Assembly (NCBI GenBank): GCA_034659995.1
Contig: JAYEIH010000088.1
Location: 1-46,724, forward strand
Length of the DNA: 46,724 nt
Source: Methanobacteriota archaeon
GTDB taxonomy: Archaea; Methanobacteriota_B; Thermococci; Methanofastidiosales; B48-G16
Direction of reading: 5' to 3'
This document shows, in pieces, positions 29,728 to 38,927 of the stretch (the first letter of the stretch is position 1; each line of letters begins with the position of its first letter). The position numbers and the translations under genes were made by a program. Below the pieces are notes generated by a model, which ran no database searches, was not told the DNA's origin, and worked only from the letters and a program-made list of their open reading frames with translations.

Positions 29728-31010
29728 TTTATTATCTCCTTCTTTTTCTTATCAAACTCTTCGAGAGAAATCTCACCTTTGGCATGCTTTTCAGCTAATT
29801 TTTTCAGGTCCTTTTTGTTAATGTTATTTTTATTTTTATCTTTTTCTCTGAAATACCGCAGATAGAGATATCCGAACAGTACTAAAATGAAGACTATAAT
29901 AGGAATAGTGTACATAAAGTAATTCTTTTTTGATTTTACCATATAGTGATCGCATTTTTCTATTCCCTCTTGAAAATTAACCTCTTGGAAGCTTAGTTTA
30001 GCTTTTTTGAAGTATTTTATGGAAGAATCGGAATCAGTTGCATAGATGGTTTTGCCGATGTAAAAGTTGAGGACCGCTTCGGCAAGAATATCATACTTTT
30101 CTGAGTTTCTGCCCAGTGAATCATAGATATAACCTGCTTTCATGACCTTTTTCCGGGCGGAGACAGGGTCGGTGAAGGTTAAACTTATCCCTTCATTGTA
30201 CAAAGACTCCGCATCTTCATATTTTCCGCACTTTTCAATATAGATTTTACATTCCTCCTGTTTATCGCCTACCAATATTGTGTCTACGGAGTAAAAGAGA
30301 TCTAAGGCCTGATCGTACTCTCCGTTATTGTACTGTTCAACTGCTTTGTCAAAGCTCTGAAGAGACTGTGCGTATACGTCTACATTTTCGATCCTTTCCT
30401 CAGCTACGCTCCCAAACTCATCGCCTTTTACCTGCGAGTACATCTCCTTCGCTTTTTCCGTATCGCCATTCTCTAGGAAAAGATCGCCCTTGAAAATGAA
30501 ATTCTGTGCTCCCATAGTGCTGTTACATTTCTGCAGTAACTCATTTGTAGCGTTTGTATCGTAATTCCCTATTTGAAACAGTCTTTTTGCTTCCTCGAGA
30601 TATACAGAAGCTTTTTTATACTCTTTTTCTTCATAGTACACCTCTCCTTTTTCAAAAAAAGAATTTCCTTGTGTATATGCGCTGAGATATTCCTCAACTG
30701 TGCCCTGTATACTTTCTTCTGTAATTTCTTCCTCCCCCTGAAATGTAGCATTTTCATTAATAACAATAGCAGGGACCTTCCAAAAGCCGTAATTTAAAAA
30801 CTCATCCATAAATAAAGACGATTTGTAGACGTTTTTTCTTGTAACGTTAACATCAGGATAACTTTTCTCTATTCCATCTATTATCGAGTCCGATTCCTCA
30901 CAGTAGGGGCACCCATCTACAAAGTAGTACTTAATAGCCACTGGCTTTTCCTCTGCGTGAACCCCTGAAAACAACAGGAGGATCAAGAGGACGATGATCA
31001 TCTTCTTCAT
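29724..31010 (-). CDS. Exported thioredoxin-fold + TPR-like protein with C-terminal TM anchor and SHOCT-like tail
   Basis: Signal peptide MKKMIIVLL...VHA, CPYC, VP cis-Pro motif, TPR-like helices, TM, GEISLEEFDKKK; ORF-track start 31268 is overextended. Confidence 0.8.
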   Translation of the reverse strand: MKKMIIVLLILLLFSGVHAEEKPVAIKYYFVDGCPYCEESDSIIDGIEKSYPDVNVTRKNVYKSSLFMDEFLNYGFWKVPAIVINENATFQGEEEITEESIQGTVEEYLSAYTQGNSFFEKGEVYYEEKEYKKASVYLEEAKRLFQIGNYDTNATNELLQKCNSTMGAQNFIFKGDLFLENGDTEKAKEMYSQVKGDEFGSVAEERIENVDVYAQSLQSFDKAVEQYNNGEYDQALDLFYSVDTILVGDKQEECKIYIEKCGKYEDAESLYNEGISLTFTDPVSARKKVMKAGYIYDSLGRNSEKYDILAEAVLNFYIGKTIYATDSDSSIKYFKKAKLSFQEVNFQEGIEKCDHYMVKSKKNYFMYTIPIIVFILVLFGYLYLRYFREKDKNKNNINKKDLKKLAEKHAKGEISLEEFDKKKKEIIK

Positions 31011-31119
31011 GCCCTTTGGATAGCGGCATGTGTATAAAAATATTGGTGTCGTGTTACGGAAAAATGATCTGAAATCACCGTACAAAATGCTTTTATATCT
31101 ACTCGCCAATACGATTTCA

Positions 31120-32337
31120 ATGATTATCTGGGTTATCATTGCGATCGCGGTAGGACTGTACATGGCATGGAACATCGGTGCGAATGATGTGGCCAACTCC
31201 ATGGCATCTGCCGTTGGTGCCAAGGCCATAACGATGAAACAGGCAATAATAATCGCGGGGATACTCAACTTATTGGGGGCTGTATTTGTCGGATCTCATG
31301 TTACTGAAACTGTAAGGAAAGGAATAGTCGATCCCGCAAGCTTGCATGATCCCTCCATAGTAATATATGGGTTCCTCTCAGCACTTCTTGCAGCAAGCTT
31401 GTGGATTACCCTTGCCACATGGAAAGAGCTCCCTGTCTCTACAACGCATTCCATAGTTGGCGGCATTCTGGGATTCGGACTTGTAGCCGGAGGAAGCATA
31501 AGCTGGTCAAGGGTGGGGCAGGTCACAGTAGCATGGATAATCTCTCCTGTATTTGGGTGTGCTCTCGCATTTATAATCTTCAACATACTGTACCACACAG
31601 TCCTCAGCTCAAAAAAGCCGATTAAACGTGCAAGAATCGTAGCTCCAATTTTTATAGGACTTGCTTTTTTTATAATCGCACTTTCCCTCCTCTTTAAAAC
31701 AGGTCTGGGAGAAAACCTTAATGTGACAGGGAGTACAATTGCAGTCCTTTGTTCAGGATTTATAGGAATCCTTGCAATTCTCGGGAGCTACATACTCATA
31801 TCGAAATTTTATAGTGATAAATCCAATCTAAAGGATGTAGAACCGATATTCAGATGGGTTCAGGTATTTACCTCATGTTACGTTGCATTTTCCCACGGAG
31901 CCAATGATGTGGCCAACGCAATAGGGCCTGTGGCCGCAGTCTATACAATAACTAGAACAAACGAACTCTCCACAACTGTGGAAGTGCCTCTTTTTCTCCT
32001 CGGTATCGGAGGTCTGGGAATTACCCTTGGTATCTCCACGTGGGGGCATAAGGTTATCGGAACGGTAGGCGAAAAAATAACGGAACTCACAAATACGAGG
32101 GGCTTTACCATAGATTTTTCGGCCGCCACCACCGTTCTAATTGCCTCAAAGCTGGGACTGCCCATCTCAACATCACATGCGGTCGTGGGAAGTGTCATTG
32201 GTGTAGGAGTTGCTCGTGGACTAAAAGCTATAGACCTCAGGATCATAAAAAAAATCGTGATCTCCTGGGCAGTAACAATACCCACAGCGGCTTTGACAAC
32301 AATTTTTATATTTAAGGTACTTGTAAGTATACTATAG
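31120..32337 (+). CDS. Inorganic phosphate transporter, PiT family
   Basis: Two GANDVAN signatures, PVSTTH and PISTSH; likely start ATG 31120. Confidence 0.95.
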   Translation: MIIWVIIAIAVGLYMAWNIGANDVANSMASAVGAKAITMKQAIIIAGILNLLGAVFVGSHVTETVRKGIVDPASLHDPSIVIYGFLSALLAASLWITLATWKELPVSTTHSIVGGILGFGLVAGGSISWSRVGQVTVAWIISPVFGCALAFIIFNILYHTVLSSKKPIKRARIVAPIFIGLAFFIIALSLLFKTGLGENLNVTGSTIAVLCSGFIGILAILGSYILISKFYSDKSNLKDVEPIFRWVQVFTSCYVAFSHGANDVANAIGPVAAVYTITRTNELSTTVEVPLFLLGIGGLGITLGISTWGHKVIGTVGEKITELTNTRGFTIDFSAATTVLIASKLGLPISTSHAVVGSVIGVGVARGLKAIDLRIIKKIVISWAVTIPTAALTTIFIFKVLVSIL

Positions 32338-32345
32338 GTGAAAAA

Positions 32346-33026
32346 ATGACAACAAACCCCCTAACAAAACTGTTCATAAAATCTCCATTCAACCCTATGG
32401 TGGAACATGCGAAGATCACCAAAAAAGCTGTTGAGAGACTTAATGCAGCATTTGATTTATTTTTTGAAGAAAGGTACACTGAGATGGAAGAAGTCTGCGA
32501 TGAGGTTATAAAACTTGAAACAGATGCAGACGATATAAAGAAGAAGATGAGAGAAAATCTCCCCTCTGGAATCCTCATGCCCGTGAGCAGGGAGGATACG
32601 CTCTCCCTGATAAACCATCAGGACAAAGTAGCGGATCAGGCCGAAAATCTTGCGCAGTGGTTGCTCATAAAAGAAAGGTACAGCATCCCTCCGAAAATGG
32701 TAGAGCATATGAGAAAAATCATGACGATCAACACAAAAATTGTAGAAGCATATTTTCATGCCACAGAAGAGTTTGAGGATGTTATTGAGACGGTCTTTAT
32801 GAAAAAGGAGGTAACAAACGTGACGAAATACGTAAAAATAGTTGAAAAACTGGAGGGGAATATTGATACGATTCAGTTCAGCCTGAGAAATTCATTTTTC
32901 GATGAAAAGGATATCGATCCCGTCTCTCTTTACTACACCACAAAGCTCATTGACATAAGCTCGGATATCTCCGATAAAACAGAAGCGGCGGCCCATAGGC
33001 TGAGAATAATGATATCGAAAAGGTAA
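32346..33026 (+). CDS. DUF47 (PhoU-like) phosphate transport accessory protein
   Basis: SPF, LETDADDIK, REDT...QDKVAD; typical partner of PiT. Confidence 0.9.
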   Translation: MTTNPLTKLFIKSPFNPMVEHAKITKKAVERLNAAFDLFFEERYTEMEEVCDEVIKLETDADDIKKKMRENLPSGILMPVSREDTLSLINHQDKVADQAENLAQWLLIKERYSIPPKMVEHMRKIMTINTKIVEAYFHATEEFEDVIETVFMKKEVTNVTKYVKIVEKLEGNIDTIQFSLRNSFFDEKDIDPVSLYYTTKLIDISSDISDKTEAAAHRLRIMISKR

Positions 33027-33048
33027 AAAAAAGGGTAAATGCTTATTA

Positions 33049-34209
33049 TCATCCCTCAAAATCGGTTTTGAAGGGTGATATCTCCCTTAGTTCTGAGACG
33101 ACATCAGAAAGTGCCCCAAGTAGGTGATCTACGTCTTCTTCGGTGTTTCCCTTCCCCAATGTTAGTCTTAATGAACCATGAGCCTCCTCCGGCTTTAATC
33201 CTATGGCAAGGAGAACATGACTCGCCTCCAGAGACTTTGATGAACACGCTGATCCTGTAGAGGCTGCAATGCCTTTTGAGTCCAGCGAAAGGACAAGAGC
33301 CTCCCCTTCTATAAACTTAAAGGTGAAATTAGCATTTATGGGAAGCCTTTTTGTAGGATGGCCGTTTAAGAGCGTATGATCCATTTTTAGAACATTTTTT
33401 ATAATTTTATCTCTTAACCTCTGCAGCCGGGGCATCACTTTCGGCCTCTCTTCTTCCTCGATCCGAATGGCCTCTCCAAAACCAACAATTCCTGCAATAT
33501 TCTCTGTTCCAGAGCGCATACCGTGCTCATGGCCACCGCCATGCATTAACGGATCAAGAGTTGTTCCCTTTCGAATATAGAGGCAGCCCACTCCTTTGGG
33601 TCCAAAGATCTTATGGGAGGAGATCGAGAGCATGTTCAGATTCATTTTTTTTACATCAACAGGCAGTTTTGTCACGCTTTGCACAGCGTCTGTGTGCAAA
33701 TACGCGTTTGATTCTCCAACAATCTTTCCTATTTTTTCCATATCCTGGACAGTACCTATTTCATTGTTGGCATGCATTATAGAAACAAGAATCGTCTCTT
33801 CCTTCAGTGAGGACCTGAGTTCTTTCATATCTATGAGCCCATCCTTATCCACCCCAAGACGTGTTATTTCAAATCCTCTCTTTTCGAGCCATTTGCATGC
33901 ATTAAGAACGCAGTCATGCTCTACCTCTGTGATAATGATATGGTTACCTTTGTTCTTTCTCGCAAAGGCCGTGCCCTTTATCGCAAAGTTATTGGACTCC
34001 GTGCCGCCGGAGGTGAAGTATATCTCAGAGGGTTCCGCATGTATGACCTCTGCCACCTTCTCTCTCGCCTCTTCCAAGGCTCTATTCGCTTCCTGTCCCA
34101 GCGAATGAAGTGAGGAAGCATTCCCGTACTTCTCGCCAAAGTACGGTTCCATTACCTCCATGACACGTTCATCCACGGGTGTTGTCGCGGAATGATCCAT
34201 GTATATCAT
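33049..34209 (-). CDS. iscS: Cysteine desulfurase (NifS/IscS type)
   Basis: YMDHSATT, HTDAVQ, SSHKIFGPKG, RSGTEN, STGSACSS. Confidence 0.96.
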   Translation of the reverse strand: MIYMDHSATTPVDERVMEVMEPYFGEKYGNASSLHSLGQEANRALEEAREKVAEVIHAEPSEIYFTSGGTESNNFAIKGTAFARKNKGNHIIITEVEHDCVLNACKWLEKRGFEITRLGVDKDGLIDMKELRSSLKEETILVSIMHANNEIGTVQDMEKIGKIVGESNAYLHTDAVQSVTKLPVDVKKMNLNMLSISSHKIFGPKGVGCLYIRKGTTLDPLMHGGGHEHGMRSGTENIAGIVGFGEAIRIEEEERPKVMPRLQRLRDKIIKNVLKMDHTLLNGHPTKRLPINANFTFKFIEGEALVLSLDSKGIAASTGSACSSKSLEASHVLLAIGLKPEEAHGSLRLTLGKGNTEEDVDHLLGALSDVVSELREISPFKTDFEG

Positions 34210-34577
34210 TCTTTCACCCCCCTTCTATAATTTTCAATAGCCCTTTTCAGACCGTCGGCCGCAAGATTTGAACAGTGCATCTTTATCGGCGGCAGCCCGT
34301 CCAGAGCCTTGGCAATATTATCTCGAGTTATTTTTTCTGCCTCCTTGAGGGATTTACCCTTTGCGAGGTTGGTAATCATGGAAGAGGTAGCTATCGCCGC
34401 CGCACAGCCCATAGTTTCCCATCCTATCTCTTCTATCTTATTATTCTTTACTTTGATATAGATATGCATAACGTCTCCGCAGACGGGATTACCTACCTTG
34501 CCAACGGCATCATACTCCTTGGGCTTCCCTTTGTTTCGGGGATTCTTAAAATGATCCATTACCTTGTCGGAGTACAT
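34206..34577 (-). CDS. iscU: Fe-S scaffold protein NifU/IscU
   Basis: YSDKVMDHF.NPRN, NPVCGD, GCAAAIA, LPPIKMHCS. Confidence 0.96.
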   Translation of the reverse strand: MYSDKVMDHFKNPRNKGKPKEYDAVGKVGNPVCGDVMHIYIKVKNNKIEEIGWETMGCAAAIATSSMITNLAKGKSLKEAEKITRDNIAKALDGLPPIKMHCSNLAADGLKRAIENYRRGVKE

Positions 34578-34665
34578 GAGAATATAACGCCGTTATAATT
34601 TAAAAAGGTTTGGATAGATTGTAAAAAATGCTTCATTCCTTTTGTTTTCCCTTACTTCTTTGGGT

Positions 34666-35142
34666 TCAGCCAAGCATTGTGGATATCCACCTGCCAATGT
34701 AGTGTGTGAGGAGTATCACAACCGCTGCAAGGACAAGATGCTCCAGGATAACTCCCCAGCATGCTTTTTTCTGTTCTTTAGCTATATAGAAACTAAAGAG
34801 GGACAGTAGAAAGAATCCCCAGCCAATGTCCACTAAAATGGCTGTTGAAAGCTGAAAAAACAGAAGGGGTACAACAAATGTCAGTGCGAAAACAAACTTA
34901 GAGAGGAATGTGGCAAGAGTTGATTCCCATATCTCTCGTGGAGTATGTTTATTTTCTGATTCTTCTGAGATATGAATGCCCATAGCGTCTGAAAGTGCAT
35001 CGGCGATTGCAATAATGAGAATACCACCAATAACAACAGACTTTAAATGGGTGCCGGATTCTAAGCCCACCATTAACCCTAAAGTTGTAATCACTGCCGA
35101 CGTGAGGCCGAAACAAACTCCTATTTTCACCGAGTGTCTCAT
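34666..35142 (-). CDS. VIT1/CCC1 family metal transporter-like protein
   Basis: FGLTSAVITTLGL, AIADALSDAMGIHISEESE; ~5 TM segments. Confidence 0.78.
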   Translation of the reverse strand: MRHSVKIGVCFGLTSAVITTLGLMVGLESGTHLKSVVIGGILIIAIADALSDAMGIHISEESENKHTPREIWESTLATFLSKFVFALTFVVPLLFFQLSTAILVDIGWGFFLLSLFSFYIAKEQKKACWGVILEHLVLAAVVILLTHYIGRWISTMLG

Positions 35143-35203
35143 GAAGCGAAGTAATTAATAAAGATTTAAAAAGCTTGTGGATAAAATTCCTTATATGATT
35201 TTT

Positions 35204-36364
35204 CTAAAGAAGGATATTGAACAAATATCCAAAGATCAAAATCTGAGGAACTGTGATAACTGGAAGCCATAAGGCAGCTTTTTTCCCAATGTTGGACCAT
35301 ATTAAACCAATTTCTGTATAATCTGTCGCAACTCCTGCCATTAAAAAGACAAAGGAATTGCCAAAGGCACCGGTCTGTCGAAATATCTCGAAGGCAAGCG
35401 GAGAACTTCCCTCGGAACATACTTCAATAATGGTGGCAAAAAATAGTGTTATGAGCAATCCCACAAAAGTTGGGCCCATGTAGGTCATGAAGAGATGCTC
35501 CGGAATGTATACCCGTGCAAATGATGCCATGAGTATACCGATTAAGAGCCACCACATGACCCTCCTTGTCAAGGACCACGAACCTTTTAAAACACCTTTT
35601 ATTTTTTCAATATTATTTTTCGTTCCAAATTTATAGTTCCCGAACCTTCTCTTTACATCTGCAATTATTGAGAAATCTGTTAATACTTCTTTATCCTCGC
35701 CCATTGCACAGTGAGCACAGTCCACCATCCCTCTCCGTTCAAGTTCCTGATAAATCAAACCGGTAATCGTTGCAATAATTAGGGCAGATGAAACGATAAA
35801 TGCAGCCTTAAAACCAAAAAAGCCGAATAGAAGAATGGTAATTGGAAGGTTTGCCCAAGGGGATGCAAGGAGAAATGCAATTACTGAAGATGTACTAGCT
35901 CCTTTTTTATATAGTTCTATCGATATGGCAAGAATACCATGAGAACATGTACTCATCATAAAACCAAAAATGATCGAGTATATTATGGTCCTTTTTCGGT
36001 GCCTCGAGAGGTACTTTTGGATGTACTCCCGAGGAATAAAGTAGTCAATAACGCCTCCGAGAAGGAATCCAAGAAGTATCGCCCACCATATCATGCGGAG
36101 GTATGCCATAAAAGCCTCATGAAATGGCTGCAAAAATGATACAAAGTAGCTCGCTGAAACAATGATTATAACAACTATCCCAACAATGTACAGCCTCTCA
36201 TGGTACCATTTTTTTGCCGGTACGATACACGCTATACACTCTGAGGAGGGTATGTTGTGCTCTTTCTCATATTTCTCTATGCAGTGTTCTGAACAGAAGT
36301 ACTGACCGTGTGCTTGTATCGTTCCCTTCATTCCGCAGATTGGATCGATCTTATTTTCCCCCAT
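35204..36364 (-). CDS. DUF318/ArsP-like permease with N-terminal YHS/TRASH metal-binding domain
   Basis: IDPICGM...YFCSEHC; CSHG and CSEG permease repeats; AFLLASP. Confidence 0.8.
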   Translation of the reverse strand: MGENKIDPICGMKGTIQAHGQYFCSEHCIEKYEKEHNIPSSECIACIVPAKKWYHERLYIVGIVVIIIVSASYFVSFLQPFHEAFMAYLRMIWWAILLGFLLGGVIDYFIPREYIQKYLSRHRKRTIIYSIIFGFMMSTCSHGILAISIELYKKGASTSSVIAFLLASPWANLPITILLFGFFGFKAAFIVSSALIIATITGLIYQELERRGMVDCAHCAMGEDKEVLTDFSIIADVKRRFGNYKFGTKNNIEKIKGVLKGSWSLTRRVMWWLLIGILMASFARVYIPEHLFMTYMGPTFVGLLITLFFATIIEVCSEGSSPLAFEIFRQTGAFGNSFVFLMAGVATDYTEIGLIWSNIGKKAALWLPVITVPQILIFGYLFNILL

Positions 36365-36366
36365 GC

Positions 36367-36729
36367 TCAGTCCCCTCTTCCAATGCCAACCATCTTTTCG
36401 AGAGGTAATTTGGCCCTTTCCATTGTATCTTCAGGTAATATAACCTCGGGTTTCAGAGTTTCCAAACTTTTTAATACCTTTTTCATTGTTATTTTTTTCA
36501 TATTGGGGCACACTGCTCTTTTCGCCGGATAAAATTCCTTTTCAGGGTTTTCCTTTTTCAACCGATAGCACAATCCCTCCTCTGTTCCGATTATGAACTC
36601 CGTTAAATCCGATCTGGAGACATGGTTGATCATCCCCTGCGTTGAAAACACATGATCTGCGATATCTATCACCTCTGGGTTGCACTCTCCATGCGAGAGG
36701 AATTCTGCATTTGGGTGTTCCTTTTTACT
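36367..36729 (-). pseudogene. nadA: C-terminal third of quinolinate synthase NadA, 5' part absent
   Basis: KKEHPNAEFLSHGEC.PEV...ST.GM...FIIGTE.G..YRLKKENP.K.F...AVCPNMKKIT; begins right at the MoaD-like stop codon. Confidence 0.85.
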
Positions 36730-37005
36730 TTATCCTCCACCAATGGGCGAAAATATCGAGACCCTATCCTTCTCCTTCAGCTTCGTTCCCAACCCTCCGA
36801 GCGCTGAGATACTTCTACTGTTCACAGTGATTAAGACATTTCCAAGTTTAAGCGGATCGGTTTCTCTCACCAGTAGCGAGTTCATCTTCTCATAACGGGT
36901 AATGAGTACTCTAATCACCTCTTTTGCACTTTCTGCGGGAATAGTAAGTTCTTTGTTCCCCTCTGCTGCGTCACGGAAAGCACCGAACAAATGAAGAGTT
37001 ACCAT
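36730..37005 (-). CDS. MoaD/ThiS/SAMP-like ubiquitin-fold protein 2
   Basis: MVTLHLFGAFRD...ITVN...LKEKDRVSIFSPIGGG*; RBS lies in the GGA codons of the upstream gene. Confidence 0.9.
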   Translation of the reverse strand: MVTLHLFGAFRDAAEGNKELTIPAESAKEVIRVLITRYEKMNSLLVRETDPLKLGNVLITVNSRSISALGGLGTKLKEKDRVSIFSPIGGG

Positions 37006-37006
37006 A

Positions 37007-37279
37007 TTATCCTCCTCCGATGGGTGGGAAAATTGAGACAACATCCTTATCCTTTAACTCTGTTTTTAATCCATCAAGAAACGAGATGCTCCGACCGTTT
37101 ACTAAAATTATATTTTCTTCAAGCACAAATGGATCAGTACTTTTTGTTAGGAATGGCACTATTTTTTCATGCTTAGAACTAAGTGACTTTATAAGCTCTT
37201 GCACATTCTTTGCGGGAATCTTAACTTCTTTCTGACCTACCACTTCACGAAAAACTGCAAATAAACGAACAGTTACCAT
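37007..37279 (-). CDS. MoaD/ThiS/SAMP-like ubiquitin-fold protein 1
   Basis: MVTVRLFAVFRE...ILVNGR...LKDKDVVSIFPPIGGG*. Confidence 0.92.
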   Translation of the reverse strand: MVTVRLFAVFREVVGQKEVKIPAKNVQELIKSLSSKHEKIVPFLTKSTDPFVLEENIILVNGRSISFLDGLKTELKDKDVVSIFPPIGGG

Positions 37280-37283
37280 ATTC

Positions 37284-38015
37284 TCAGCCCCCACAGCTTG
37301 GACATTTTGGATTTCGCTCTATTTTAATAAGATCGTATGCAAGATGCAGAGAATCGTAGACAAGAAGTTTATTTGTCAGTAAGGAGCCCGCTCCTGCAAG
37401 ATACTTCACTACCTCTGTTGCCTGAATGGTGCCTATTGTTCCGGCTGTGGCACCAAGTACTGGTGTCTTTTTCTCTCTGGGTGTCTGAGGCATAATACAT
37501 CTGAGACACGGCGTCTTTCTGGGCAGTATCGTGGTCGCTCGTCCTTCAAATCCTGCGCATGCACCATGGAAAAAAGGAATGTCCAGTTCCAATATGGCAT
37601 TATTCAGTATAAATCTCGTACGGAAATTATCCATGCAGTCAACGACTGCATCAGCACCTTTCAATAATTCTAACACATTCTCTTCTTTAATTTTCTCTCT
37701 GATACCCCTTACCTTGATATCTGAGTTAATCTGCATCAATTTTTTAACTATGGATTCAATCTTACTTTCTCCAATGTCCCTCTCCCAGTGGAGTATCTGT
37801 CTGTTTAAATTGGATAGTTCCACAGCATCATGATCTACGATAGATAACTGTCCGATCCCTGCGGCAGCTAAGTATACACTCACAGAAGATCCGAGACCTC
37901 CAGCACCCGCAATGACTACGTGTGCTTTTTTCAAATTCTCCTGTCCTTTTTTTCCAAATTCTTGTATACGAATCTGCCTATCGTATCGTGTTAACTCTCT
38001 ATTCGTTAATGTCAT
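37284..38015 (-). CDS. moeB: MoeB/ThiF family E1-like adenylyltransferase
   Basis: RYDRQ, GAGGLG, SNLNRQ, DCMDNF, CLRC and CPSC Zn motifs. Confidence 0.92.
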   Translation of the reverse strand: MTLTNRELTRYDRQIRIQEFGKKGQENLKKAHVVIAGAGGLGSSVSVYLAAAGIGQLSIVDHDAVELSNLNRQILHWERDIGESKIESIVKKLMQINSDIKVRGIREKIKEENVLELLKGADAVVDCMDNFRTRFILNNAILELDIPFFHGACAGFEGRATTILPRKTPCLRCIMPQTPREKKTPVLGATAGTIGTIQATEVVKYLAGAGSLLTNKLLVYDSLHLAYDLIKIERNPKCPSCGG

Positions 38016-38407
38016 GTGCTCGACTCCAAAATTTCATAACGCCACTCTACCTCGACACCGCTTTTCTTCATCTGCGCCAGGGCAGAACAGTACTTATCCT
38101 GACTCAGCCGTATTGCTCTTTTTACCTTTCGTTCATTGAGATCGCCGGTTACCTTATATTCCAAACGGAGTTTTGTGAAGTATCTCGGATCCGTATCTCG
38201 TCGCTCTCCGGTGATACTCACGTCCAGCCCATCTATTGGCTCGCGGAATTTCTTTAGGGCGTAAACAACATCGAATAACGTACAGCCCACGACAGACAAA
38301 AGCATCAGTTCCATAGGGGTAAGATCCTTATCACCCATATCGATCTGTCTGTTCTCGCACTCGCCGGAGAATTTCATTTCTTCTTTCCATTGTACTTTGG
38401 CTTTTAT
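38012..38407 (-). CDS. OsmC/YhfA family protein
   Basis: PMELMLLSVVGCT, SQDKYCS; homology-like frame extends 10 codons upstream of ATG 38377 to ATA (IKAKVQW). Confidence 0.85.
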   Translation of the reverse strand: MKAKVQWKEEMKFSGECENRQIDMGDKDLTPMELMLLSVVGCTLFDVVYALKKFREPIDGLDVSITGERRDTDPRYFTKLRLEYKVTGDLNERKVKRAIRLSQDKYCSALAQMKKSGVEVEWRYEILESST

Positions 38408-38459
38408 GACCTATATTCTATGATGAAATTAAAAAGGATTTCCCCATACCAGGGAACTG

Positions 38460-38927
38460 TCATTGTTGCAGCAGCTTCTCTACCGCCTCTACCACGATGG
38501 GCACAGCTTTTTCCACCTGCGGCGAGAGCGATCTCCCCATCTCCACTTTTTTCGGCTGTACAGCCATTATGTGTATCTCTTCGGGGCACTCTCCCAGCTT
38601 CTCTGAAACTCGAATAATCTCCATAAGATCGGCATCATGGAGCGAGTATCTCTGGACTTTCTTTACTGAGTTCGCCTCTTTTGGTCCAAAAATCTTCAGT
38701 TCTCCGGGAGAACCACCGAAATCTCCTGAATCAATAAGAAGCACCCGGTCATAATCCTTTATAATGTGGAGAATCGAGAAACCTCCCGTGCCACCGTCGA
38801 TAAGATCGACATCCTCAGGTAAACTGTGTTCCGAGAGGGCATGAAGTACTGCAGGGCCAATACCATCGTCACCCATGAGCTCATTGCCGATGGCTATGAT
38901 CGCCAGATTCTTTTTTTTCATCGCCAT
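38460..38927 (-). CDS. Hydrogenase maturation protease
   Basis: IGNELMGDDGIG, DGGT, SLH, QP; start overlaps the large-subunit stop (TAATG). Confidence 0.93.
   Translation of the reverse strand: MAMKKKNLAIIAIGNELMGDDGIGPAVLHALSEHSLPEDVDLIDGGTGGFSILHIIKDYDRVLLIDSGDFGGSPGELKIFGPKEANSVKKVQRYSLHDADLMEIIRVSEKLGECPEEIHIMAVQPKKVEMGRSLSPQVEKAVPIVVEAVEKLLQQ

Noticed and set aside
31011-31268. Apparent head-to-head overlap of the 514-aa and 435-aa ORFs
   Set aside because: Overextended starts; ATGs at 31010 and 31120 leave a normal divergent gap with TATA boxes
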